From contig CAZXAY010000002.1 of assembly GCA_964638435.1 (NCBI GenBank), forward strand, positions 15,661-47,660: a stretch of DNA of 32,000 nucleotides, read 5' to 3'. How positions within the stretch are numbered: the first letter of the stretch is position 1; the number at the start of each line of letters is the position of its first letter. Shown here one piece after another: positions 1-9,331 of this stretch. Made by a program: the position numbers and the translations under genes. This DNA is from an uncultured Candidatus Saccharibacteria bacterium. GTDB taxonomy: Bacteria; Patescibacteriota; UBA1384; JAMDBS01; CAZXAY01. A model generated the notes under the pieces. That model made no database searches, had not been told where the DNA came from, and saw nothing but the letters and a program-made list of their open reading frames with translations.

Positions 1-1850
1 TAGTTAGTGAGTGTTTTCATAAATTTGGAATTGATGAAACCGCAAATTTAGTCGATAAAATTAAAAAAATTGGTTTTGATCATGCAACCTTGAGTGGTAT
101 GACTATCTCAATGGACGATCTTCATGTTCCAAGTAATAAAGAAGAGATTATTAAAAAAGCTGATCTAACTGTTGATGAACTAGATAAACAATATCGTCGT
201 GGTTTAATAACTGATGAAGAAAAAGGTGTAAAAGCTATAGAATTATGGATGAGAGTAGTTAAACAAATCGAAGGTGAAATGCTTGATCAATTTGATAAAA
301 ATAGCCCAGTATATATGATGGTTACATCTGGTGCCAGAGGATCTAAAACTCAATTGACCCAGATGGCCGGTATTAAAGGTCTGATGGTAAACCCATCGGG
401 ATCAATTATTGAAGTACCAATTAAATCAAACCATAAAGAAGGTTTAACAGAGCTTGAATACTTTATTTCAACGCATGGATCAAGGAAAGGTAAATCAGAT
501 ACAGCCCTTAGAACCTCAGATGCAGGTTATTTAACCAGAAGACTTGTAGATGTAGCTCAAGATATGGTTGTAAATTCACATGATTGTGGTAGTAAAGAAG
601 GTATCAATGTAAATAGATCGGAGTCAGATCAGATGAATCTGACATTTACTAGTAGAATAATCGGTAGAACTTCAGCACAAACTATAAAGGATCCAAAAAC
701 TAATAAAGTCATTGCAAAATCTGGCGAAGAGATCAACGAGAAGGCCATCGAATTAATCGAATTAGCAGGAATTACAGATGTTATTGTTAGATCAGTAATG
801 TCATGTAACAATGAATATGGCACTTGTCAATTATGCTATGGCAGAGATTTATCTACCGGTAAATTAGTAAACATTGGTGAGGCTGTAGGGATTATGGCTG
901 CTCAAGCTATTGGTGAACCAGGTACTCAGTTAACTCTTAAAACCTTCCATATGGGAGGAGTATCTGGAGAAGATATTACAACTGGTTTACCACGTGTAGA
1001 AGAATTATTTGAAGCACGTGTTCCTAGAACCCCAGCCGTTATGGCAGAAATTGCCGGAGTAGCAAGAATTAGTGAAGATAAAAATAAAAAAATTATTACT
1101 ATTGAATCAAACGAATTACCCACAGAAACTTATACTTTGGAATCAGATTATTCATCTATTGTTAAAGATGGCGACTTAGTCAAAGCAAAGCAAGCAATTG
1201 CTGTAAGTCAAGGCAAAAAAGCTTTCCGATCACGTATTTCTGGAATTATTAAACTCCAAAAAAGTAAAATCACTGTAACTGCCAACGAAAAAATTGCCAA
1301 AGAATATATTGTTCCTGCAAATGCCAATATCAAGATTCAAGATAAAGATATAGTTAATTTAGGAGATGAATTAACGGAAGGTCATTTAGATCTTGCCTTG
1401 GCGCTTAAATTAAGAGGTAAAACTTCTGCTCAAAAATATATTATCAAAGGTATTCAAGATATTTATAATTCTCAAGGTCAAAGTATTAATGATAAGCATA
1501 TCGAAATAATGTTAAGCCAAATGTTCTCCAAAGTTTATATAAAAGATGGTGGTGATTCTTTATATTTACCAGGTCAAATAGTTGATCAATTTGATATTGA
1601 ACAAAAAAATCTCGGATTGATTAAAAATAAAAAGCAGCCAATATTCTTTGATAATATTATTCTTGGAGTCACTAGGATAGCGTTAAAAACAGAAAGCTTT
1701 TTATCTGCCGCATCATTCCAAGAGACTACATCAGTTTTAATTGACGCTGCGATTAGAGGAACAAGAGACAACTTGCGAGGTTTAAAAGAAAATGTTATAA
1801 TCGGTAGACTTATCCCAGCAGGAACTGGATATAAGAAAACTAAAAGCTAA
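1..1850 (+). CDS. rpoC: DNA-directed RNA polymerase beta' subunit, C-terminal part (5' end outside window)
   Basis: The reading frame is open from base 3 (VSECFHKFGIDETANLVDKIKKIGFDHATLSGMTISMDD...), so the ORF-track TTG at 90 is internal. Conserved beta' C-terminal blocks are present (GEAVGIMAAQAIGEPGTQLTLKTFHMGG, SFLSAASFQETT, ENVIIGRLIPAGTG). It lies upstream of rpsL. Confidence 0.93.
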   Translation, partial: VSECFHKFGIDETANLVDKIKKIGFDHATLSGMTISMDDLHVPSNKEEIIKKADLTVDELDKQYRRGLITDEEKGVKAIELWMRVVKQIEGEMLDQFDKNSPVYMMVTSGARGSKTQLTQMAGIKGLMVNPSGSIIEVPIKSNHKEGLTELEYFISTHGSRKGKSDTALRTSDAGYLTRRLVDVAQDMVVNSHDCGSKEGINVNRSESDQMNLTFTSRIIGRTSAQTIKDPKTNKVIAKSGEEINEKAIELIELAGITDVIVRSVMSCNNEYGTCQLCYGRDLSTGKLVNIGEAVGIMAAQAIGEPGTQLTLKTFHMGGVSGEDITTGLPRVEELFEARVPRTPAVMAEIAGVARISEDKNKKIITIESNELPTETYTLESDYSSIVKDGDLVKAKQAIAVSQGKKAFRSRISGIIKLQKSKITVTANEKIAKEYIVPANANIKIQDKDIVNLGDELTEGHLDLALALKLRGKTSAQKYIIKGIQDIYNSQGQSINDKHIEIMLSQMFSKVYIKDGGDSLYLPGQIVDQFDIEQKNLGLIKNKKQPIFFDNIILGVTRIALKTESFLSAASFQETTSVLIDAAIRGTRDNLRGLKENVIIGRLIPAGTGYKKTKS

Positions 1851-1934
1851 AAAGTAAAAGTTAAAAATTATAGTTAATCAATAATTTTGAGGTTTGAACT
1901 TTAAGTTTTGACTTTGCGACTATCGGGAGCATAC

Positions 1935-2354
1935 ATGCCAACAATCAGTCAATTGATTAGGAACCCAAGACAAAAAAAGGTAAAAAAAATTAAAGCTATT
2001 GCTCTACATAAAAGTTTTAATTTTATTAAAAATCAACCTAAGTTTTCTAAAACAGGAAGTCCTTTTAAACGTGGGGTTTGTACTAAAGTTACAACCATGA
2101 CACCTAAGAAACCTAACTCAGCTCTTAGAAAAATTGCCAGAGTTAGATTAACATCAGGACAAGAAGTTACTGCCTATATCCCAGGTGAGGGACATAATTT
2201 GCAAGAACACTCTGTAGTAATATTACGCGGGGGCAGAGTAAAAGATTTACCTGGTGTAAGATATCACATTGTCAGAGGTAAATTAGATACAACCGGAGTT
2301 GATAAACGCCGTCAAGGTCGAAGCCGATATGGGACAAAAAAACCTAAAGAATAA
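1935..2354 (+). CDS. rpsL: 30S ribosomal protein S12
   Basis: MPTISQLIR start with GGGAG SD at 1925-1929. [19 protein letters not shown] and [19 protein letters not shown] motifs are present. The ORF-track TTG at 1908 is rejected. There is a ~15-aa insertion after the N-terminal KKxKK. Confidence 0.95.
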   Translation: MPTISQLIRNPRQKKVKKIKAIALHKSFNFIKNQPKFSKTGSPFKRGVCTKVTTMTPKKPNSALRKIARVRLTSGQEVTAYIPGEGHNLQEHSVVILRGGRVKDLPGVRYHIVRGKLDTTGVDKRRQGRSRYGTKKPKE

Positions 2355-2387
2355 TAATATATGTATTAATCTCCACGAATCTGTATT

Positions 2388-2515
2388 CACTAATATCACA
2401 AAATTAGTGAAATTAGCTTGCCCCATATATAACGCTTCTGTCATAATACTATGTAATAGATTTGACAGAAAGGAATTATACTGGGGTGAAAAAAGATTAG
2501 TGGTGTTTAATTCCT
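2388..2515 (+). promoter_or_regulatory. structured rpsL-rpsG intercistronic leader (three perfect 7-8 bp hairpins)
   Basis: The hairpins are cactaat/attagtg (2388-2409), tctgtca/tgacaga (2437-2469) and aggaatta/taattcct (2471-2515). The last one abuts the rpsG SD (ggag, 2517-2520). Confidence 0.45.
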
Positions 2516-2525
2516 TGGAGAAACT

Positions 2526-2999
2526 ATGCGTGGAAGATCAAAATATAAAAAAAGAGTAATTAAAATAGAGGATAAGTATCAATCAGAACTACTGAGTAAA
2601 TTTATTAACAAAGTATTACTTCGTGGGCAGAAAGAAACTGCTAAAAATATCGTTTATCGAGCCCTTGATATTCTAACAGATAAAACAAAAAAAGATGCCC
2701 TAGCAGTTTTTGAAGAAGCAATTCATAATGTCTCACCACTACTTGAAGTTAGATCAAAAAGAATTGGCGGAGCAACTTATCAAGTTCCAATGGAAGTAAG
2801 AACTGATCGCAAAAATACTTTAGCTATGCGTTGGATAATTAATGCAGCTAGAGATAGACAAGGCAAACCGATGAAGGAACTTTTGGCAGAAGAAATACTC
2901 AATGCCTATAATAAGACTGGTATAGCAATGACTAAGCGTGAGAACATGCATAAAATGGCCGAGGCTAACAAGGCTTTTGCACATTTTGCTAGATTTTAA
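2526..2999 (+). CDS. rpsG: 30S ribosomal protein S7
   Basis: 157 aa with VSPLLEVRSKRIGGATYQVPMEV and KRENMHKMAEANKAFAHF motifs. It follows rpsL. Confidence 0.95.
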   Translation: MRGRSKYKKRVIKIEDKYQSELLSKFINKVLLRGQKETAKNIVYRALDILTDKTKKDALAVFEEAIHNVSPLLEVRSKRIGGATYQVPMEVRTDRKNTLAMRWIINAARDRQGKPMKELLAEEILNAYNKTGIAMTKRENMHKMAEANKAFAHFARF

Positions 3000-3010
3000 G
3001 TTAGATAAAT

Positions 3011-3086
3011 AGTTAATCTGTTAATTAGTTGATTAGTTTGTTGGGAGAGTACCTAATAACAATTTAACAAATTAACCAATTAACAA
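3011..3086 (+). promoter_or_regulatory. long imperfect AT-rich hairpin spacer built from GTTAAT / TTAAC motifs, upstream of fusA
   Basis: The 5' arm agttaatctgttaattagttgattagtttgtt is largely complementary to the 3' arm aacaatttaacaaattaaccaattaacaa. The spacer is 96 nt. Confidence 0.5.
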
Positions 3087-3095
3087 GGATAAATT

Positions 3096-5192
3096 ATGGC
3101 GCGCGAATACAGCTTGGAAAACACTAGAAATATTGGAATAATTGCCCATATAGATGCCGGTAAAACCACAGTTACCGAGGGAATTTTGTATTTAACAGGT
3201 AAAACTCATAAAATCGGTGCAGTCCATGAGGGTGAAACCCAAATGGATTGGATGGAGCAAGAACGAGAACGTGGCATTACCATTACGGCAGCTGCTACTA
3301 CTTGTTTTTGGAAGCCAACAATCTATACAGGTGAATCTCATCGCATAAATATTATTGATACTCCGGGTCATATAGACTTTACTGTTGAAGTCCAAAGATC
3401 ATTAAGAGTATTAGATGGGGCTGTGGTAATTTTTGATGGTAAAATGGGAGTTGAGCCTCAAAGCGAAACTGTTTGGCGTCAAGCCGATAAATATGGTGTA
3501 CCAAGAATGTGTTTTATTAATAAAATTAATCAAACTGGTGGCGACTTTTATATGAGTTTGGACTCGATTCGTAAACGACTTTCTCCTAATGTCTATCCCA
3601 TCCAGATCCCCATTGGTTTTGAAAAAAATATAAATGGCATAATTGATTTAGTAAAAATGAAAACCTATACTTATCAAGATTTTCATGATAAAGAACTTGT
3701 TGAAGGTGAAATTCCAGCAGATCACAAAGAAAAAGCCGAAAAATATCGCCAAGAATTGCTTGAAAAAGTAGTCGAGTTCGATGATAATTTGATGGAAAAA
3801 TATTTAAATGGCGGTGATATTACCGAAGCTGAGTTTATTGGAGCAATTAGATCTAGTACTCTTAGTGGTACATTTTACCCAATTCTAGGTGGAGATGGTC
3901 GTGGAGTTATTGTCGAAACCTTGCTTGATGCTGTAATTAACTTTTTACCGTCACCGTTAGACTTGCCAGATACCGAAGGGTTAGACATCAAAGATTCAGA
4001 AAAAAAACTTACTCGCAAACCATCTGACGAAGAACCTTTTACAGCTTTAGCTTTTAAAGTAGCTACCGATCCATTTGTTGGCTCTCTTACCTTTTTTAGA
4101 GTTTACGCCGGATGTATTAAATGTGGTTCTTATGTCTTAAATTCTACTAAAGGCGAAAAAGAGAGAATTGGTCGTATTGTTAGATTACATGCTAATAAAA
4201 GAGAAGATGTCGACGAGGTTTTTTCAGGTGAAATTGCTGCAGCAGTTGGATTAAAGTATTCAACTACTGGTGATACGCTATGTGCTGAAAATGATCCAAT
4301 TATTTTGGAGCAAATCGAATTTCCGGAGCCTGTAATCTCGATGGCTATCGAGCCGAAAACCAAAGCTGATCAAGAAAAAATGGGTATTGCACTTAAAAAA
4401 CTTTCTGACGAGGATCCAACTTTTAGAATTAAAACTGATGAAGAAACAAATCAAACCTTGATTGCTGGAATGGGAGAACTCCATCTAGAAATCATCGTTG
4501 ATCGTATGAAGCGCGAGTTTAATGTTATGGCTAATGTCGGCCAGCCTCAAGTAGCTTATCGTGAGACTATTACTACTAGCGCCAAAGCAGAGGGCAAATA
4601 TATTCGTCAAACAGGTGGTCGTGGACAATATGGCCATGTTTGGTTAGAAGTTGCACCAGCAGAAGCTGGTAAAGGCTTTGAGTTTATTGATAAAATTGTT
4701 GGTGGTGCTATTCCTAAAGAATTTATCTCAGCAGTTAAAAAAGGTATTAAAGGTGCAGTTGACAGAGGTGTTATTGCTGGATATCCAATTGTTGATATAT
4801 CCGTTACTCTTTATGATGGATCATTCCACGAGGTTGACTCATCAGAATCTGCCTTCATGATCGCCGGATCAATGGCCCTTCAAGCTGCTGTTAAAAAAGC
4901 TAATCCAGTAATACTTGAACCGATAATGAAGGTAGAGGTAGTTACGCCAGAGGATTATTTTGGCGACGTGATGGGGGATTTAAATAGTAAACGTGGCCGA
5001 ATCGAAGAAACTGGTGAACGTGGTAATGCCAAAACAATTTTAGTTAAAGTTCCAATGTCAGAGATGTTCGGGTATGCCACAACCTTAAGAAGTATGTCTC
5101 AAGGACGAGCATCAAATACAATGGAATTTGACCATTATGAGGCGGTTCCACGTCATATAGCAGAACAATTGACAGAAGGTAAGAAGAAATAA
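3096..5192 (+). CDS. fusA: elongation factor G
   Basis: 698 aa with GTPase motifs [14 protein letters not shown] and NKID-like NKIN. EF-G domain IV/V blocks such as [16 protein letters not shown] are present. Confidence 0.96.
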   Translation: MAREYSLENTRNIGIIAHIDAGKTTVTEGILYLTGKTHKIGAVHEGETQMDWMEQERERGITITAAATTCFWKPTIYTGESHRINIIDTPGHIDFTVEVQRSLRVLDGAVVIFDGKMGVEPQSETVWRQADKYGVPRMCFINKINQTGGDFYMSLDSIRKRLSPNVYPIQIPIGFEKNINGIIDLVKMKTYTYQDFHDKELVEGEIPADHKEKAEKYRQELLEKVVEFDDNLMEKYLNGGDITEAEFIGAIRSSTLSGTFYPILGGDGRGVIVETLLDAVINFLPSPLDLPDTEGLDIKDSEKKLTRKPSDEEPFTALAFKVATDPFVGSLTFFRVYAGCIKCGSYVLNSTKGEKERIGRIVRLHANKREDVDEVFSGEIAAAVGLKYSTTGDTLCAENDPIILEQIEFPEPVISMAIEPKTKADQEKMGIALKKLSDEDPTFRIKTDEETNQTLIAGMGELHLEIIVDRMKREFNVMANVGQPQVAYRETITTSAKAEGKYIRQTGGRGQYGHVWLEVAPAEAGKGFEFIDKIVGGAIPKEFISAVKKGIKGAVDRGVIAGYPIVDISVTLYDGSFHEVDSSESAFMIAGSMALQAAVKKANPVILEPIMKVEVVTPEDYFGDVMGDLNSKRGRIEETGERGNAKTILVKVPMSEMFGYATTLRSMSQGRASNTMEFDHYEAVPRHIAEQLTEGKKK

Positions 5193-5207
5193 GGTTTCTA
5201 TTAGATA

Positions 5208-5236
5208 TTGACTTGTAGTAAAAATTATTATATGAT
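5208..5236 (+). promoter_or_regulatory. sigma70-type promoter for tuf (TTGACT-17-TATGAT)
   Basis: -35 TTGACT at 5208-5213, a 17-nt spacer, and -10 TATGAT at 5231-5236. Confidence 0.5.
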
Positions 5237-5258
5237 ATAAATTAGTTAAATAAATATT

Positions 5259-5306
5259 TATGTTACATGTTATGTGTTACATGCTATGTGCTACATGTTA
5301 CATGAT
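5259..5306 (+). repeat. 3.5 tandem copies of a 12-14 nt unit (TATGTGYTACATGY) in the tuf 5' leader
   Basis: tatgttacatgt / tatgtgttacatgc / tatgtgctacatgt / tacatgat. It contains two ACATGT palindromes and lies between the putative -10 and the SD (aaggag, 5308-5313). Confidence 0.7.
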
Positions 5307-5318
5307 TAAGGAGATTAT

Positions 5319-6503
5319 ATGGCAGAAGGAAAATTTGAACGTAACAAACCTCATGTAAATGTTGGAACCATCGGTCACGTTGATCATGGTAAAACAACCC
5401 TAACAGCAGCAATACTGTCTTATTTATCAAAAAAAGGTATGGCACAAGCCAAACCAGTTGATCAAATCGACGGTGCTCCTGAAGAAAAAGCTCGTGGCAT
5501 TACCATTGCTACTTGTCATGTGGAATATGAAACAGAAAAACGTCACTATGCACACGTAGATTGTCCAGGACATGCTGATTATGTAAAAAATATGATTACT
5601 GGTGCAGCACAAATGGATGGAGCAATTTTAGTTGTATCAGCAACTGACGGGGCAATGCCTCAAACTCGTGAACACATTTTATTAGCTCGCCAAGTTGGAG
5701 TTCCAAAAATCGTTGTATTTTTAAACAAATGTGATCAAGTTGACGATAAAGAACTTATTGATCTTGTTGAAGAAGAAATGCGCGAATTATTAACAAAATA
5801 CGAATTCCCTGGTAAAGAAATTCCCATTATTCGTGGTTCAGCGCTTAAAGCTCTTAATGGAGATGCTGAAGCAGAAAAAGCTATCCAAGAATTAATGGAT
5901 GCCCTCGACAGTTATATCCCAGAACCAGTTCGCGAAATTGATAAACCATTCTTAATGTCTGTTGAAGATGTATTTTCTATCAAAGGGCGCGGGACTGTTG
6001 CTACTGGTAGAATTGATAGAGGCAAGGTAAAAGTTAATGAAGAGGTAGAAATTGTAGGTTTAAAGCCAACCAAAAAGACTGTTGTTACCGGTGTAGAAAT
6101 GTTTAGGAAATTACTAGATGAAGGTATGGCCGGTGATAACGTAGGATTGCTTCTTCGTGGTATTGAAAAAGATGATATCGAACGTGGTCAAGTTGTTGCC
6201 AAACCTGGCTCAATTACCCCTCATACAGAGTTTGAATCAGAGGTTTATATTTTAACCAAAGACGAAGGTGGAAGACACACCCCATTCTTTAAAGGTTACA
6301 AACCACAGTTTTACATAAGAACTACTGATGTTACTGGAGAAGTTGAACTTCCAGCAGACCGAGAGATGGTTATGCCAGGAGATACAGTAACATTTAAAGT
6401 TAAATTAATTGCCCCAGTTGCCATGGAAAAAGGTATGAGATTCGCCATTCGTGAAGGTGGTAGAACTGTTGGAGCTGGTGTAGTAACTAATATTGTTAAA
6501 TAA
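5319..6503 (+). CDS. tuf: elongation factor Tu
   Basis: 394 aa with [18 protein letters not shown] and NKCD motifs. The EF-Tu sequence is highly canonical throughout. Confidence 0.98.
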   Translation: MAEGKFERNKPHVNVGTIGHVDHGKTTLTAAILSYLSKKGMAQAKPVDQIDGAPEEKARGITIATCHVEYETEKRHYAHVDCPGHADYVKNMITGAAQMDGAILVVSATDGAMPQTREHILLARQVGVPKIVVFLNKCDQVDDKELIDLVEEEMRELLTKYEFPGKEIPIIRGSALKALNGDAEAEKAIQELMDALDSYIPEPVREIDKPFLMSVEDVFSIKGRGTVATGRIDRGKVKVNEEVEIVGLKPTKKTVVTGVEMFRKLLDEGMAGDNVGLLLRGIEKDDIERGQVVAKPGSITPHTEFESEVYILTKDEGGRHTPFFKGYKPQFYIRTTDVTGEVELPADREMVMPGDTVTFKVKLIAPVAMEKGMRFAIREGGRTVGAGVVTNIVK

Positions 6504-6511
6504 TTACATAT

Positions 6512-6853
6512 ATGCCAAAACAAATTACTACAACTAAAGATAAAGAACCAAAGCAAAAAATCCGTATTAGATTAAAAGCTTATGATCATCGGCTAATTGA
6601 CAAGTCAACCAAAAAGATTTTGGAGACGACAACCAGAACGGGTGCACAAATTGTCGGGCCTATTCCACTCCCTACAGAAAAATCATCTATTACAGTGCTA
6701 AAATCCACTTTTGTTCATAAAGATGCGCGAGAACAATTTGAACAACTTATCCACAAACGCTTGATTGACGTTTTAGACCCAAATTCTAAAACTATCGACG
6801 CTCTAATGAATCTGGACCTACCTGCTGGTGTTTCTATCGAAATCAAGACCTAA
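6512..6853 (+). CDS. rpsJ: 30S ribosomal protein S10
   Basis: 113 aa with [15 protein letters not shown] and GPIPLPT motifs. Confidence 0.94.
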   Translation: MPKQITTTKDKEPKQKIRIRLKAYDHRLIDKSTKKILETTTRTGAQIVGPIPLPTEKSSITVLKSTFVHKDAREQFEQLIHKRLIDVLDPNSKTIDALMNLDLPAGVSIEIKT

Positions 6854-6877
6854 CGAATCAAACAAATTATCAAATAA

Positions 6878-6910
6878 GTTCAAAAACTGCCCAAAAGGCA
6901 GTTTTTGAAC
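6878..6910 (+). terminator. perfect 14-bp hairpin immediately after rpsJ
   Basis: gttcaaaaactgcc-caaaa-ggcagtttttgaac. The T-tract lies inside the descending arm. It separates rpsJ from the island. Confidence 0.55.
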
Positions 6911-6917
6911 GATACTA

Positions 6918-6946
6918 TTGACTTTTTTAGCATTATAGTGTATAAT
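6918..6946 (+). promoter_or_regulatory. near-consensus sigma70 promoter (TTGACT-17-TATAAT) for the RRM gene
   Basis: -35 at 6918-6923 and -10 at 6941-6946, preceded by TG. About 105 nt of leader follow, with a small GC stem (gcccg...cgggt) and a gtacc/ggtac hairpin next to the start codon. Confidence 0.6.
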
Positions 6947-7057
6947 ATATTTATACGGTTTGAAAGTACTCGTAATTAGCCAGTTGGTTAAGCCCGAGGA
7001 TATCAACCCGGGTCGATCAATTTTTGTATGGTACCTATAAAGGTACAAGGGAATAAA

Positions 7058-7327
7058 ATGGAAGAGAAAAATAAGCTATACGTAGGCAACCTACCTTACA
7101 GCGCAACAAGTGATTCTTTAAAAGAATTATTTGCTGGCTCAGGTGAAGTTGTCGACGCTGTAGTTATTTCAGACAAATTTTCTGGCCGTTCTAAAGGTTT
7201 TGGTTTCGTCACTATGAAAGATGACGCAGCTGCTGAAAAAGCCATTAAAGATACGGACGGAAAAGAAGTCGATGGACGCAATATTAAAGTTAATATTGCT
7301 CGTCCAATGCGTGAAAACAATCGTTAA
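7058..7327 (+). CDS. single-RRM RNA-binding protein (RNP-1/RNP-2 type)
   Basis: MEEKNKLYVGNLPY carries RNP-2 (LYVGNL) and KGFGFVTM is RNP-1. About 89 aa. The ATG at 7058 is preferred over the ORF-track ATG at 7028. Confidence 0.85.
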   Translation: MEEKNKLYVGNLPYSATSDSLKELFAGSGEVVDAVVISDKFSGRSKGFGFVTMKDDAAAEKAIKDTDGKEVDGRNIKVNIARPMRENNR

Positions 7328-7347
7328 TCGATAGTATAGCGCTAGAA

Positions 7348-7387
7348 AAAATCCCACTTCAAGCATTAAGCTAAAGGTGGGATTTTT
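7348..7387 (+). terminator. rho-independent terminator after the RRM gene
   Basis: A 10-bp stem aaaatcccac/gtgggatttt is followed by a T-run (7383-7387). Confidence 0.7.
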
Positions 7388-7437
7388 GTGTTGTTTATCC
7401 TGAGGAAACATATATCACTATTGGTGTCTTATTTGGG

Positions 7438-7466
7438 TTGACAAATATACTACATTAAAGTAAAGT
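7438..7466 (+). promoter_or_regulatory. putative promoter TTGACA-17-TAAAGT for the small ORF
   Basis: -35 at 7438-7443 and -10 at 7461-7466. A gttaaga/tcttaac hairpin (7470-7494) lies in the leader. Confidence 0.45.
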
Positions 7467-7530
7467 ATTGTTAAGAGATTTAACGCATCTTAACAAAAAA
7501 AGACTATTACAGATATAGGGAGGGATTATT

Positions 7531-7800
7531 ATGAGAAAGCATCCGAGAGGTCCTAAAGTCAGGTCAAATAGAAGTACCGTTAGCCCAGCATCAATTATGA
7601 AAGGAGGTGAAGACAACATGTGCGAACGTGGTTTTACACCTGCGATATTGACAATTCATCAACCAGGTGAATGCTTAATCTCGGAATCAACGGATTCTAC
7701 CTCGACATCTGACGATAGTCATCGCGAAATACCCGTTTTGATCCCGAGCACTCAGGAAGAGAGAGTCGGTGGCGACTATGGTCCTTCGGGAAATATATAG
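7531..7800 (+). CDS. small hypothetical protein (89 aa, or 60 aa from an internal start at 7618)
   Basis: SD gggaggg (7518-7524) precedes ATG 7531. A second strong SD aaaggaggtga (7600-7610) precedes the in-frame ATG at 7618. The N-terminal 29 aa are very basic and the rest is acidic and Ser/Thr-rich. G+C is visibly higher than in the ribosomal genes. No recognisable family. Confidence 0.45.
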   Translation: MRKHPRGPKVRSNRSTVSPASIMKGGEDNMCERGFTPAILTIHQPGECLISESTDSTSTSDDSHREIPVLIPSTQEERVGGDYGPSGNI

Positions 7801-7822
7801 AAATATTCGATTCTTACAAAAA

Positions 7823-7865
7823 GCGCCCTGAGCCTTCTGCACAATTGTGCTTAAAGCCCAGGGCG
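7823..7865. terminator. stem-loop between the convergent small ORF and the NTase gene (bidirectional terminator candidate)
   Basis: The outer stem is gcgccctg...cagggcg and encloses the perfect palindrome gcacaattgtgc. Confidence 0.5.
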
Positions 7866-7869
7866 TTCT

Positions 7870-9291
7870 TCATTTGTTTTGTTTATCATAAATTTGATTG
7901 CGTTGGCGGCAATTTTCAAGATATAACGACCACCAATTTTGCAAATCATTAATCAAAACTGGATTGCTTCGAAAATTACGTAGAGAGAACTCTGCAACTT
8001 CTTCATTTTCATCAAGTTTGAGCCAGGTAAAATCTGCATCATGAAGACGATATTCTTCTTTAAATATTCTAAATAACCATTTAAGAAGATTTTTCATCAT
8101 CCAGCGAGCAATACCTTCATCCTCCCCACGTTTTTCTATATTAATGAAAGGATACATTTTATGACAATTTTCTAACAAGTCAAAAATATTACGACACCTT
8201 CCATTGACACTTGAATGATGTTGAAAAACATAATTATACATTTCTATCTGTCTCATCTGATCAAGAAGATAATAAATTTTTTCTAACCTCTCGCAACAAT
8301 CTTCTTTATTAACTACGCGCACCACAAGCAAAAGAAATCTGATGCCCAAGAAGATTTGTAAGTTTTCTTTTTTGAGCAAAAATGAATTTGCCTTACCTTC
8401 ACTTACAAATTTAATCAATCTTTCTAGTGAACGCTCTTTAACAAATCGGTGACCTTTATGGGTAAAAGAATCTTTTCCATAAAGACCGTGGTCTGTTGCA
8501 CACGGCATGATTATTCCACTTTTTACAGATTCTTCGGCTTCTTTAGTATATATCAATCCTTTAGGACCCAATACACACTGATTCATTGTCACATCCCTAC
8601 TCGCTAAGACATGTAAGATATTTTTGTATAACTCTTTACCAGATTGATCTGTTTCGCCAACGAGTTGTAGAAATTTTACGCCAACTTCATCATCCTTTAC
8701 AAGGATATCGAAGTCACGAATTGGAATTTCTGGGGCGATTAAATCACTTTTAAAAAATGCTTTTAATACAAATCGTGCTGGTCCACCTTTATGCAATACC
8801 CCTTTAGCTAGAGGTATTTTTATTTGTAATTTCGATGATTCACAATAGATTAGCCAAATAATGTTTTCATCTCTAGCTATTGTCATCTCAGGGATAGTAT
8901 CTATAATTTGTTGAAGTGAGATAGAAAAAACATTAGATGGTAATATTAATTCTGGTTCAGGAAGACCATCTTTAATAATGTTTACCACATGAATAGCTGT
9001 GCGTGGAATGGAGCCATCTTTAATTTCAATTTCTCTTAGTGAATCCCAAATTAACGAAAAATATGTATTGATAAATTGCTGGACTTTGTAGTCAAAATCA
9101 GTTTTTCTGGATAACCTAACAAGAGCTGCGTAAAAAAGCATTCCCCATTTTTTTGGTTTTGCTTTGTTAACAATATTGATTAGATTATCATATAATTGTG
9201 AAAATTGTCTTAAGGCAACATCAGCTTTATCCGAAAAAATTCTACCACTGCTTACTATATATTTTTCAAGTCCTCTTGGATCTACCACCAT
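7870..9291 (-). CDS. divergent class-II (CCA-adding / poly(A) polymerase family)-like nucleotidyltransferase with an N-terminal extension
   Basis: Motif order is HKGGPARFVL...IRDFDILV (GGxxR...DxD, motif A-like) and then ASRDVTMNQ (RRDFTxNA, motif B-like). FVKERSLERLIKFVSE is a possible degenerate EDPLRxLRAxRF. The start is set at ATG 9291, 5 nt after SD ggaggtga. The ORF-track TTG at 9333 lies inside the promoter -10. Confidence 0.5.
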   Translation of the reverse strand: MVVDPRGLEKYIVSSGRIFSDKADVALRQFSQLYDNLINIVNKAKPKKWGMLFYAALVRLSRKTDFDYKVQQFINTYFSLIWDSLREIEIKDGSIPRTAIHVVNIIKDGLPEPELILPSNVFSISLQQIIDTIPEMTIARDENIIWLIYCESSKLQIKIPLAKGVLHKGGPARFVLKAFFKSDLIAPEIPIRDFDILVKDDEVGVKFLQLVGETDQSGKELYKNILHVLASRDVTMNQCVLGPKGLIYTKEAEESVKSGIIMPCATDHGLYGKDSFTHKGHRFVKERSLERLIKFVSEGKANSFLLKKENLQIFLGIRFLLLVVRVVNKEDCCERLEKIYYLLDQMRQIEMYNYVFQHHSSVNGRCRNIFDLLENCHKMYPFINIEKRGEDEGIARWMMKNLLKWLFRIFKEEYRLHDADFTWLKLDENEEVAEFSLRNFRSNPVLINDLQNWWSLYLENCRQRNQIYDKQNK

Positions 9292-9331
9292 AACTTTCAC
9301 CTCCAAATTGTTCAAGGACAAAGATGACTTC

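Noticed and set aside
2299-2559. 86-aa ORF spanning the rpsL-rpsG spacer
   Set aside because: It overlaps the 3' end of rpsL and the 5' end of rpsG in other frames. It has no SD and low-complexity content. The region is better explained as a structured intercistronic RNA.
5260-5358. Possible 32-aa upstream ORF starting in the tuf leader repeat (MLHVMCYMLCATCYM...)
   Set aside because: No SD precedes it. The frame is a by-product of the ATG-containing tandem repeat and runs into tuf out of frame.
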